DNA of 61,816 nucleotides, filler included, from an uncultured bacterium (GTDB taxonomy: Bacteria > CAYJOG01), in NCBI GenBank assembly GCA_964371695.1. It is 12 parts of 12 records of this genome, joined end to end, with 100 filler letters (N's around TTAATTAATTAA, not from the genome) between each part and the next. Parts side by side here need not be neighbours in the genome. Positions count along the whole stretch, not along the records: positions 41,519 to 46,542 come from CAYJOG010000245.1; positions 46,643 to 51,636 come from CAYJOG010000246.1; positions 51,737 to 56,728 come from CAYJOG010000247.1; 9 more parts are not named here. The stretch is one strand, 5' to 3'. The notes beneath the pieces were generated by a model. That model did no database searches. It saw nothing but the letters and a program-made list of their open reading frames with translations, and was not told where the DNA came from. Below, in pieces: positions 44,598 to 53,903 of this stretch. The position numbers and the translations under genes are program-made. How positions within the stretch are numbered: the first letter of the stretch is position 1; every line of letters begins with the position of its first letter.

Positions 44598-45581
44598 GTG
44601 AAAGTGCTGGTCACGGGTGCGGACGGGCTTTTGGGCAGCAACCTGGTGCGTGTGCTGCTGCATGGGGGACATGATGTGCGGGCGCTGGTGCATCCCGCCA
44701 GCAAGTCCACCACGCTGAACAATCTGCCCATTGAAAAAACCCTGGGCGACATTCTGGAACCAGCGCGTGTCAAGGCGGCGGTGAAGGATTGCGGGGCGGT
44801 TTTTCACTGCGCTGCTTCCACCGCCATGTGGCCCCCTCGCAATCCCAGGGTGACCGCCATCAACGTAGAAGGAACCCGGCATGTTCTTGCAGCCATGGCG
44901 CACAACAACGGCAGCCGTCTGGTGCATGTGGGGTCGGCCAGTTCCTTTGGTTATGGCACGATGGAAAACCCCGGCGCCGAACAGACGCCCTACCGTTATC
45001 AGTCCGCCGGGCTGGATTATTTCGACTCCAAACTTCAGGCCCAGAAACTGGTGTTGGAATACGCGGCGGCAGGATGGGTGGACGCTGTGGTGGTGAACCC
45101 CACCTTCATGTTCGGCCCCCACGATGCCGCCCCCAGTTCGGGCCGCATGCTGGTGCAGTTCACCCGCATGAACCTTCCTTTTTATCCGCCCGGGGGCCGG
45201 AACTTTGTACACGTGCGCGACGTGGCCCAGGGCATGATCGGCGCGCTCGAAAAAGGAAAAACCGGCGAGTGCTATCTGCTGGGTCACCACAACATGACCA
45301 TGAAGGAACTCTTCGGTGTCATGGCCCGCGTGACGGGGAGCCGCCCGCCGCAAATAAAAATTCCACCGGACCTGATGCGGTTGGCGGGCCGGGTGGGGTC
45401 GGGTGTGGCGGCGCTTTCGGGCAAAGCGCCCGCGCTGAGTTACGAAATGGCCATGGGTTCCTGCACTGGCAGTTATTACAACCCCGCCAAGGCAGTGCGC
45501 GAACTGAGTCTGGCGCAAACCCCCATTGAAACGGCAATTGAAGAGGCTTATCGCTGGCTCAAAGACAACGGTTATCTGTGA
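44598..45581 (+). CDS. extended SDR, NAD-dependent epimerase/dehydratase (HpnA/DFR-like)
   Basis: VLVTGADGLLG, YFDSK, VNPT, NFVHVRDVA; GTG at 44598 after AGGA. Confidence 0.9.
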   Translation: MKVLVTGADGLLGSNLVRVLLHGGHDVRALVHPASKSTTLNNLPIEKTLGDILEPARVKAAVKDCGAVFHCAASTAMWPPRNPRVTAINVEGTRHVLAAMAHNNGSRLVHVGSASSFGYGTMENPGAEQTPYRYQSAGLDYFDSKLQAQKLVLEYAAAGWVDAVVVNPTFMFGPHDAAPSSGRMLVQFTRMNLPFYPPGGRNFVHVRDVAQGMIGALEKGKTGECYLLGHHNMTMKELFGVMARVTGSRPPQIKIPPDLMRLAGRVGSGVAALSGKAPALSYEMAMGSCTGSYYNPAKAVRELSLAQTPIETAIEEAYRWLKDNGYL

Positions 45582-46414
45582 AAGGCGGACCCATGGACAA
45601 AGCAGCAGATTTGAAAAACAGGGTGGCCCTTGTCACCGGCAGCAGCCGCGGCATTGGCCTGGCCACCGCCCGCGCGCTGGCCCAAAAAGGCGCACGCGTC
45701 ATGCTCAATGGCCGCAGCCCGGAACCCTTGGAACAAGCCCGCCGTCTGTTGCAGACAGAAGGATTGGAGGTGAAGGCCGTGGCGGGGGACGTGTCCCTGC
45801 CTGAAGACGCCAAAGCCCTGGTTGAAAATACCCAGGAGGCTTTTGGCCGCCTGGACATCCTCATCAACAATGCGGGCCTTTCCATGCGGGCGAATCTGGA
45901 GGAGATGGATCCGGCCTCTTGCCAGAAAATGGTGGACGTAAACCTGATGGGCTGCATCTATCCCACACTGTTTTCGCTGGATCAGCTCAAGAAGAATAGT
46001 GGCACTGTGGTGTTCATCTCCAGCATTGCGGGCTTGGTGGGCTTGCCCACCGGGTCACTGTATTCCGCGACAAAAATGGCGTTGAGGGGGCTGGCGGATT
46101 CGCTGCGGTGCGAGCTGTCGCCCCACGGCGTGCATGTGGGTGTGGTGTATGTGGGATTCACCGAAAACGACCCGGTGAAAAAAGTGCTGGGCGGTGGTGG
46201 AAACCCCATCGCGCCAGAGCGCCCCGGCCACATGAGCCAAGCAGCGGTGGCCCAAAAGATTCTCGGGCTGGTGCAAAAAAGAGAGCGGCAAACCGTGTTG
46301 ACACCCATCGGTAAACTGGCGCAAATGGCGGCCTGGCTCAGCCCGGTGGCGGTGGAAAACGCCATTCTCTTCACCAGGAAACACGATCTGGGCGAGCATC
46401 TGGGAATCCGCTGA
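45578..46414 (+). CDS. classical SDR oxidoreductase
   Basis: TGSSRGIG, NNAG, YSATK; overlaps the upstream stop (alternative ATG at 45593). Confidence 0.93.
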   Translation: MKGGPMDKAADLKNRVALVTGSSRGIGLATARALAQKGARVMLNGRSPEPLEQARRLLQTEGLEVKAVAGDVSLPEDAKALVENTQEAFGRLDILINNAGLSMRANLEEMDPASCQKMVDVNLMGCIYPTLFSLDQLKKNSGTVVFISSIAGLVGLPTGSLYSATKMALRGLADSLRCELSPHGVHVGVVYVGFTENDPVKKVLGGGGNPIAPERPGHMSQAAVAQKILGLVQKRERQTVLTPIGKLAQMAAWLSPVAVENAILFTRKHDLGEHLGIR

Positions 46415-46418
46415 CGCC

Positions 46419-46542
46419 AGAGCATTTTCGGAAATGGTGGAGCATTTGGCGGAGCTTTCCTGACCAAAACATTGGCCAACCCGCCGTCATTCAGGGCGGG
46501 GCTTTCAGGCGATGTCTGACCCATCAACTCCGAAAATGCTCT
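46419..46542. mobile_element. 124-bp MITE with perfect 14-bp TIRs
   Basis: AGAGCATTTTCGGA ... TCCGAAAATGCTCT; right end coincides with the contig end. Confidence 0.75.
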
Positions 46543-46823
46543 NNNNNNNNNNNNNNNNNNNNNNNNNNNNNNNNNNNNNNNNNNNNTTAATTAATTAANN
46601 NNNNNNNNNNNNNNNNNNNNNNNNNNNNNNNNNNNNNNNNNNGCGGTAATTTATAAACAGGCTCTCTTGGGGGCCGGCGCCCCCGCCTGCCTTAAAAAAA
46701 GGCAAAGAACCTTTTTCTTTAAACGGCGGGCGAGACCCCCGCCCCACTGGAAAAAGGAAAAGAGGGGTTTGCCTATGTTTGACTGGATTCCCGCTTTCGC
46801 GGGAATGACGGCGAGCCAGAGCG

Positions 46824-47645
46824 TCAAAACCCCGGCATCATGGTTTCGATGAGTTTGCACAGCTTTGGTTCGGCCTCGTTCGCCACGGCGATGATTTCCT
46901 CCAGCACCGCTGGTTTGAGCAGGTCGGGAATGCACATGTCCGTCACCACGCTCACAGCAAACACTTTCAGCCCGGCGTGTACCGCCACAATGGCCTCCGG
47001 CACCGTGCTCATGCTCACCATGTCCGCGCCCCACTGGCGCAACATGCGATATTCGGCGCGGGTCTCCAGGTGCGGCCCCATCACGGCCACCAGCACGCCC
47101 TTCTGCACCCGGAAACCCAGCTTCAGGCCCGCGTCCAACCCTTTTTGCACCAGCTTCAGGTCATAAGGCTCGCTCATGTCGGGGAACCGTGGCCCCAGGC
47201 TGTCGTCGTTGGGGCCCCGCAGGGGGCTGAGGCCCATGAAATTGATGTGATCGTGTATCACCACCAGATCCCCCAGGCGGAAGTCCGGGTTCAGGCCGCC
47301 GCTGGCGTTGCTCATGACCAGGGTTTTCACCCCCAGGGCCTTCATCACCCGCACGGGATAGGTGATGTCGTCGCATTCCAGGCCCTCATAGGCGTGCAGG
47401 CGGCCCTGCATGGCCACCACGGGGCGGCCCCCCAGCGTGCCAAACACCAGCGCGCCTTCGTGGCTTTCCACCGTAGACGGCGTGAAGTGGGGGATTTGGT
47501 GATAGGGCACGGTGCGCGCCCCCTTGATGCGCCGGGCCAGATTCCCCAGGCCGGTGCCCAGAATCAGCCCCACCTGCGGTCGGGTTTTGGTATAGGGCTT
47601 GAGGGCGGCAGTGGTCTCTTTGAGTTTTTCCTTGAGGGTGTGCAT
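46824..47645 (-). CDS. punA: purine-nucleoside phosphorylase (trimeric type)
   Basis: ILGTGLG, QGRLHAYEG, NASGG, RFPDMS, MSTVPE; ATG at 47645. Confidence 0.93.
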   Translation of the reverse strand: MHTLKEKLKETTAALKPYTKTRPQVGLILGTGLGNLARRIKGARTVPYHQIPHFTPSTVESHEGALVFGTLGGRPVVAMQGRLHAYEGLECDDITYPVRVMKALGVKTLVMSNASGGLNPDFRLGDLVVIHDHINFMGLSPLRGPNDDSLGPRFPDMSEPYDLKLVQKGLDAGLKLGFRVQKGVLVAVMGPHLETRAEYRMLRQWGADMVSMSTVPEAIVAVHAGLKVFAVSVVTDMCIPDLLKPAVLEEIIAVANEAEPKLCKLIETMMPGF

Positions 47646-48219
47646 GAGGGCAGTATGAAAAACCAAGCGGCGTGTTTCAAAAAATGAACCCGGCGCACCG
47701 TCGCATAAGCCAGATTCACAAAAAACATCAAAAATCGCTAAAGCCCCGCGGCAGGGCTGCGATAACTGAACTATCAAGGCAGCACCAACAAGGAGACGAA
47801 CCCGGCCCCACACCCTTCCCACAGAGATACGCCAGGAACAACACGGAGGTTCGTTCCTTCCCCACCAGGACACTTCAAATCAGGGAGGATGAATGAAGTG
47901 TCTTTTTTGTTGGCCTTGAAAAAGTCCGTCCTGGACTTTTTCAAGGCCCCGCCCATCGGGGCAAAGCCCCTCGGGGCGGGCGAAAACCTACGCTTCGCTC
48001 GGCTTTCGGGAGCATTCCATCCAGGAATGCAAGTCGCCCCTGAAAAACGCAACCCACCCCAATCCCTTGATTTTCCACCCGGTTTTGCAGAGCTTTTGAC
48101 TCCCTCACCAAGAACCCCACAATTTCTGCATCCCTTTTTGCTTTTTTCAAGGGCGACTTTTTTCTTGCAGACCTCCCAACTGACTGGACAATCAGACCCG
48201 GCTTCACGATGATGAGTTC

Positions 48220-49764
48220 ATGGAACTCAAACCCATCGGCCACTACGCCAGGGCACTGAAACCCGAACTGCCTGAGGAATTCTTCTGCCCCGTGCCCCGG
48301 CGCGCCCTGTGGCTGCTGCTGCACCTGGGCCTTTATCTGGGCCTGGGGGCCTGGGTAGTGCTGGCGCGCCCCCACTGGGCGCTGGCGGCCCTGGCCGCGG
48401 TGGTCATGGGCCACAGCCTGGGATGCCTGGGGTTTGTGGGGCACGAGATCCTGCACGGCTCGGTGGTGAAAACCCCCTGGCTGCGGCAGGCGCTGGGGCA
48501 GATCTGTTTTGCCCCCTATCTGCTGGTGGTGGAGTTCTGGAACGGCTGGCACAACCGCACCCACCACGCCCACACCCAGTCTCCCGCCCACGCCCCCGAC
48601 ATCATGCCCACGGTAGAGGACTACTTCCGCGACAAAACCCTGCGCCTCACCAGCCGTTTCATGGTGGGCTGGAACAACCCGCTCACGTTTCTTGTCCTCA
48701 GCTTCGGTTTCATGAGCCACCAGAGCATGGTGCTGTTTTTCAAGTCCGTGGACTACGACATCCTCACACCGGCGGCCCGGCGGCGGTGCATTGTGAAATA
48801 CATCCTCTTACTGGCCTTCTGGCTGTCGTGGATTCCCGTGCTGGGTTTTGCCCATTTTGCCCTGCTGGTGCTGCTGCCCATGGGTCTGGCGAACATCCTC
48901 ATCATGCTCTACATCATGACCAACCATAACCTCAACCCCCGCACCGAAATCAACGACCCGCTGGTCAATTCCCTCACCGTGCGCACACCCCGCTGGCTGG
49001 GGGTGCTGCACCTGGATTTCGGTTATCACGTGGAGCACCACATTTACCCCACCATGAGTGGTGCTTATACCGCGCGGGTACACGAAAAAGCCAAGGCCAA
49101 ATGGCCCACGCTGTATCAGGAACTGCCCCTGGCCAAGGCCCTGTGGCTGCTGATGGTCACGCCCCGTTATTACGAAAACGACGCCGTGCTGCTGGACCCC
49201 AAAAAAGGCCAGCGGTGGGTGACGCTGGGGGCCGAAAACCTGGGGGCCAACACCGCCTATCTGGCCCAGCTCACCGGGGCGCGGGAAATGGCCCGCGAGG
49301 CCCTGGAAATGAAACCGTGGACAGTGGCCACCAGCAAAGAGGCCGCCTGGGCGCTGCTGGAGCAACAAAGCGAAAAACTGGGCCTGGCCCGCGAACAGGC
49401 CCTGAAGGCCGCCCGCGAAAAGTGGGAGCTGCAAAGCATGAAGCTGTCACTGGCGCGGGAAACCGCCCGCACCATGGTGGCGCTGCAAAAAGAAAAAGTG
49501 CGCCAGCAGCAGCAGAAATACCGCGAAACCACCGTCGCCCTCAAAGCCCAGTGGCGCGAGGCCCAGGCCGCAGCCCGCCAGAACACCACCGAAAAACTTC
49601 AGGAAAAACAACAGCAGTTGCTGGCGGCGCAGGAATCGGCCCGCGAACGCCTGCGCTGGCAAAAAGAAACCCTCGCCAGCGTGCGGGCCACGGCACGGGC
49701 CATGGTGCGCGAGCAAAAGGCCCAGTTTCTGGCGGCCCGGCGTCTGGCGCTGGCGGGGGCCTGA
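48220..49764 (+). CDS. fatty acid desaturase with C-terminal helical extension of about 170 aa
   Basis: His boxes HEILH, HNRTHH, HVEHH; TM segments. Confidence 0.9.
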   Translation: MELKPIGHYARALKPELPEEFFCPVPRRALWLLLHLGLYLGLGAWVVLARPHWALAALAAVVMGHSLGCLGFVGHEILHGSVVKTPWLRQALGQICFAPYLLVVEFWNGWHNRTHHAHTQSPAHAPDIMPTVEDYFRDKTLRLTSRFMVGWNNPLTFLVLSFGFMSHQSMVLFFKSVDYDILTPAARRRCIVKYILLLAFWLSWIPVLGFAHFALLVLLPMGLANILIMLYIMTNHNLNPRTEINDPLVNSLTVRTPRWLGVLHLDFGYHVEHHIYPTMSGAYTARVHEKAKAKWPTLYQELPLAKALWLLMVTPRYYENDAVLLDPKKGQRWVTLGAENLGANTAYLAQLTGAREMAREALEMKPWTVATSKEAAWALLEQQSEKLGLAREQALKAAREKWELQSMKLSLARETARTMVALQKEKVRQQQQKYRETTVALKAQWREAQAAARQNTTEKLQEKQQQLLAAQESARERLRWQKETLASVRATARAMVREQKAQFLAARRLALAGA

Positions 49765-49782
49765 TTATTACCCATGTGACTA

Positions 49783-50081
49783 CTGGTGCATTCGTTTCAA
49801 AATGAGTAGCAGCGATGGGGACATCGCCGCCATTGCTGTCAGGTTTATTGGTAGCCCCGGCGTCCCGCCGGGAGCAAAAAAAACGCCGAAGGCGTCACCA
49901 AACAGGGTTTTTTCAGGGAGCCCGAAAAGGAATCTGAATGGTGCGCGCCTTTGGCGCGGTTGATGCTCCCGGCGGGACGCCGGGGCTACCTCAAAAAACC
50001 CCCGATAATTCAGGACTTTTCTCACAAGCCTGACAGCAATGGACACCGCACCTACTCCGCATTTTGGACCGAATGAACCAC
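49783..50081. mobile_element. nested MITE: IS630-like outer element (TA TSD) containing the IS4-like MITE 49831-50041 with a GTAG REP pair
   Basis: TA|CTGGTGCATTCGTTTCAAAATG ... CATTTTGGACCGAATGAACCAC|TA; inner CATTGCTGTCAGG...CCTGACAGCAATG. Confidence 0.85.
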
Positions 50082-50305
50082 TACACCCGGGGCAATGAAT
50101 AGGGTTTGCCCGCCAGTTTTTCGGCTTCGGCCCTGAGCAGGTGGAAAATCTCGTCGTTCACGGTGTCCGAGGGTTTGATCTGGCCCAGGCGCACGGCCTC
50201 CTGGTCTACAAACGGCCCGGCCCACAGCGCCCAGCGGCTCACGGCCAGGGGTCCGGATTCCCGCTGAAGCCAGGTTTTGAGTTGATAGAGGTTGCCAACG
50301 GCCAT
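50081..50305 (-). CDS. small hypothetical protein (74 aa)
   Basis: Strong AAGGAGG RBS; upstream TTGACT-N16-TACAGT. Confidence 0.7.
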   Translation of the reverse strand: MAVGNLYQLKTWLQRESGPLAVSRWALWAGPFVDQEAVRLGQIKPSDTVNDEIFHLLRAEAEKLAGKPYSLPRV

Positions 50306-50361
50306 GTGTCCCTCCTTTCGGGCCACCCCCCACACGGGGAGGGTGTTTGTCACACAAGATG

Positions 50362-50389
50362 ACTGTAGGAAAGACCAGTGAACAGTCAA
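50362..50389 (-). promoter_or_regulatory. putative sigma-70 promoter
   Basis: -35 TTGACT (50389-50384), 16-nt spacer, -10 TACAGT (50367-50362). Confidence 0.5.
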
Positions 50390-50460
50390 TGAAGACAAAA
50401 AAGAAAGTTTTCGCTTGACAAACTGCCAATGAGGTGTCGCATAAAGGCATTTTGTGTGAC

Positions 50461-50488
50461 AAAAAGGCCCGCCTTCGGGCGGGCCTTT
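50461..50488 (-). terminator. intrinsic terminator
   Basis: AAAAAGGCCCGCC-TTCG-GGCGGGCCTTT downstream of the NHL gene. Confidence 0.8.
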
Positions 50489-50512
50489 GACACACGGCTG
50501 GAGGATGCCCGG

Positions 50513-51636
50513 TCAGAACCCTGACGCAGGCGGCACGTAATAAAGGGTCCGGTGGTTACCGGAGTCGGCCACCAGCACGTATTCAAACCGGGCGGTGGTG
50601 TCTTCTACGATGTGAATGCCCTGAGGTTGATACATGATGCCCCCGGCGCAGGCCCCGCCGTTGGGGGCGCATTGGCCCGCTGTGCCAAAAGAGCTGATGG
50701 GCGTGCCCGTGGTGGTGTCCCACAACTGGACACGGTTGTTGAGGCGCTCGGCCACAAACAGGCGGTCTTTGGTTTTCATCATGTGAATGCCATAGGGTTC
50801 GTCCAGCTTGCCAAGGGCCGTGCCGCTGCCCCCAAAGGAGACGATGCCCGTGGGCGCGAGGTTGGCGTCCAGAACATAAATCGTGTCGGCGACGGTGTCG
50901 GAGTAATACACCTTGCCCGCGCCGTCGGTGTCAATACCCATGGGGCTGGTGGCGGCGCGGGTGGCCACCGCCGTGCGGGTGGTGGTGCCTGCATAGGCAT
51001 ATTTGGCCACCTGGTTTTTCATGGCGAGGTACATGAAGTTGTGCGTCGGGCCGGTCTCCAGACCCACGCCGTAAATGTTCTTGCCGGAACTGGTGAGATC
51101 CAGCGTACACACACCGGCGGTGGTGCATTTATACAGATAACCGCTGGTGCCATAGTTGCGCGTGACAATCAGGGTTTCCGCCGCGCCGCCGGGGGTGAAG
51201 TTGGAGAAGTTGGTGCGGGCCATGCCATAGGTGCCGGTGAAGTTGCCGGTCTGGCCTTCCAGGTTGTTGATGATGCCGAACTTGCTGGGCACACCGGTGG
51301 TGAGGCACGTGTCGTTGAAGACGTACACCAGACGTTTGGTGGGGTCGTTGGCATAGGCCTGCATGGCTCCGGCGGTGGCGTCGTAGGCCACGGTGACATC
51401 GGTGGGTTTGGCCATGAGGGTGGCGTTGGTCTGGGCAAACCACGGGCTGCCGCTGTAACCACAGTCCGGCGGTGGGCCCGGCGGCGGGTTTTCAGGGCTG
51501 AAGCTGTAGCAACTGACCGCGACGGACGCCGCCCCGGAGGGCGCGCTGTCCAGCGTCACGCCGCCGCCGTAGTCCACGTTGGTGACGATGCGGTAATAGT
51601 AGGTGCCGTCGGGTGAAGGGTAGTTCACGTTGACAG
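50513..51636 (-). CDS. NHL-repeat beta-propeller extracellular protein (5' truncated)
   Basis: PMGIDTD, EPYGI, NNRVQ, PQGI, VADSGNHR; Thr/Gly-rich. Confidence 0.8.
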
Positions 51637-51736
51637 NNNNNNNNNNNNNNNNNNNNNNNNNNNNNNNNNNNNNNNNNNNNTTAATTAATTAANNNNNNNN
51701 NNNNNNNNNNNNNNNNNNNNNNNNNNNNNNNNNNNN

Positions 51737-52695
51737 TTATAGGGTGTTCCCTGCTGGGCTGGCTGGGGTGTTCCGAAAAGGAAACCCAGCGGCGAAGGGC
51801 GGGAGGAGGGGGCCTCCTGCACCTTCAGGTCAACGGTTTGTGTCGTGCTGTTCTGGCCGTCGCTGAGCGTGAGCAGCAGGCTGGTGGAGATGCTGCTTTG
51901 CGGTGTGCCTTCCAGTCCCACGCCGGTGAAAACAAGGCCAGCGGGCAACGGGCCGCTCAGCGAAAAAACCAGCGGCGCGGCTTCCGGGTCTTGCCCGCTG
52001 AAGAGGAACTGAAAGGGCGCGCCCACCGTGGCGGGGGGCGGCTGGTTCTGGCCAAGCGTGGGAGGCTGATTGGCGGGGGACGGGGAGGGGCTGAGCAGGG
52101 CTTGGGCGGCGCTCACAAGTCCTTTGCCGCTCGCGGCCAGTTCGGCGGGCAGGCTGGAGGTTTCATAGAGCGGTGTTTTTTTGTCATCCAGCAGTTGCTG
52201 AAGCGGATTGTTCTGGGGCGTGAGGAAACCCTGTGCGTCCGGCGTGAGGTCTCCCAGCGAAAAACTGGCCATGTTGGCCACGGGGCGAAAGCCGGTCCCC
52301 AGGTCAAAATCCAGCGGCAGAACACTGGCCGAAAGACCCGCTTGCCCCATGGGAAAAACCAAGTTGTATTTCAGTTGAAGCCCAGCCTGGGTTTCTTCCA
52401 CAACCATCAGTTGCCAGCGTTCGCGGGGCAGTGTCAGCAGAAATTCACCACCTGAGCCAATCCTGCTGCGGCGGTCTTCTCCCTGGGCGTTCACCGCCAG
52501 CAAAAAGAAGTCGCCACTGGCTTGTCCCTGACGCGACCTGGCCAGTTGTATGGGTTTGACATTGCCCTGCAACACCACGTTGGAAACGGGGTTGCCGCGA
52601 GGCGCTCCGGGGGCCGTGCTGCCGCCGCCACAACCCAGAAGGTTGATCCAGAACACCAGGGTGATGAAGCAAAGATGGTTGATTGAAGTCCGCAT
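51737..52695 (-). CDS. lipoprotein with putative Ig (He_PIG/cadherin-like) domain (3' truncated)
   Basis: GGAGG RBS, lipobox LLGC; NQPP...DPE...LPAGL...GTP...SDG. Confidence 0.75.
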
Positions 52696-53027
52696 GTGAC
52701 ACCTCCGCGGACCCATACGCAATAACCGGGCCAAGTTGCCCGAGGAAGGCTCTGATGTCTGGTGAGACACCGCTGCCTGGCCCATCTGGCCAGTCACGGA
52801 GAATCAATAAAAATGCGGTTTTTTTGTTTAAAACACGAGCAGGAATGTTCGCGCCACTGAAAGGAAAAAAGAAAAAAAGTGTGGATTTTGTTTCAGGGGG
52901 TTTCCCGTTTTTTCGGGAATGAAGGCGAAAGAAGGTGGGCTTTTGACTCTTCCGGCAGGGGGTCCGCCAAGTCGCCATTGAAAAGAAATTGGTTTGGTTT
53001 TTTGTTTGATGCACGGACAGGAGGGTC

Positions 53028-53239
53028 CATTGCTGTCAGGTTACTGGTAGCCCCGGCGTCCCGCCGGGAGAAAAAAAACCCGCCGCAGGCGGCACAAAAC
53101 AGAAGTTTTTCAGGGAAATAAGAAAAAAAGACAAATTGGTGCGCGCCTGTGGCGCGGTTAATACTCCCGGCGGGACGCCGGGGCTACGGTAAAAAACCCC
53201 TGCAATTCCTCTGCTTTCTTCATAAACCTGACAGCTATG
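53028..53239. mobile_element. IS4-like MITE (212 bp) with 12-bp target-site duplication
   Basis: TIRs CATTGCTGTCAGGTT / AACCTGACAGCTATG; GACAGGAGGGTC at 53016-53027 and 53240-53251. Confidence 0.85.
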
Positions 53240-53254
53240 GACAGGAGGGTCCGT

Positions 53255-53432
53255 GCCACTGAAAGAACAAAGAAAAAGGCGTGGTGTCCATATTTCACTG
53301 GACTGCCGCTTTCGCGGGAATAATGGGCGCGGGTGGTCTTTTGGGATTGCGGCAGCCTATTGATGCTGCCGAGCGCGCCCAGCGGCGCGACAGCGCCGGG
53401 GTTGGGCCATATTTGTGGGTAATGACAAGCCA
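53255..53432 (-). repeat. composite repeat of about 180 bp, inverted copy of 55937-56126
   Basis: Shared GCTTGTCATT end, GGCAGCATCAATA.GCTGCCGCA hairpin and CGTC-type REP; partial copy near 16849. Confidence 0.8.
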
Positions 53433-53484
53433 TAAAGGGGAGAGGGAATGATGTGGCTCTTTCCCACCTCCCACTTCCAACCTG

Positions 53485-53862
53485 TTATTCCTCTTTAAAC
53501 CGCCAGTCCAGCAGGTGCTTCACCAGTTCGCCCGTGGCCTGGGCATAGTCACCCGATGGCTCCATCAGGGCGCGGGCTTCGTCTTTTTTGCCCTCTGTCG
53601 CCAGGCCCGCCACGCGCCCCGCCTGCTGGTGAAACTTCGCGTGCAGGGATTTGCAGACCCGGTACTGCTCACTGGCCTTGTCGGCGTCGTCAAAATAGGT
53701 GTCGCCAATCAGCATCTTGCCAAAGTCGCACTGATCGTCGCGGGTGATGTTTTCCACCGTGTTCGGCAATTCGCCGGTGTCAATGGCCTTGCTCAACACG
53801 TCTTTCCAGCGGTGGTGCGCCACCACAGCTTTTTGAATGAATTCCCTGAGTGCGTTTTGCAT
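53485..53862 (-). CDS. standalone CZB (chemoreceptor zinc-binding) domain protein
   Basis: AHHRWK, QCDFGK, LHAKFH (3 His + 1 Cys). Confidence 0.88.
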   Translation of the reverse strand: MQNALREFIQKAVVAHHRWKDVLSKAIDTGELPNTVENITRDDQCDFGKMLIGDTYFDDADKASEQYRVCKSLHAKFHQQAGRVAGLATEGKKDEARALMEPSGDYAQATGELVKHLLDWRFKEE

Positions 53863-53903
53863 GACGCGTGTTCCCCCTGTTGCCCATATCTGGACGCCGG
53901 AGT

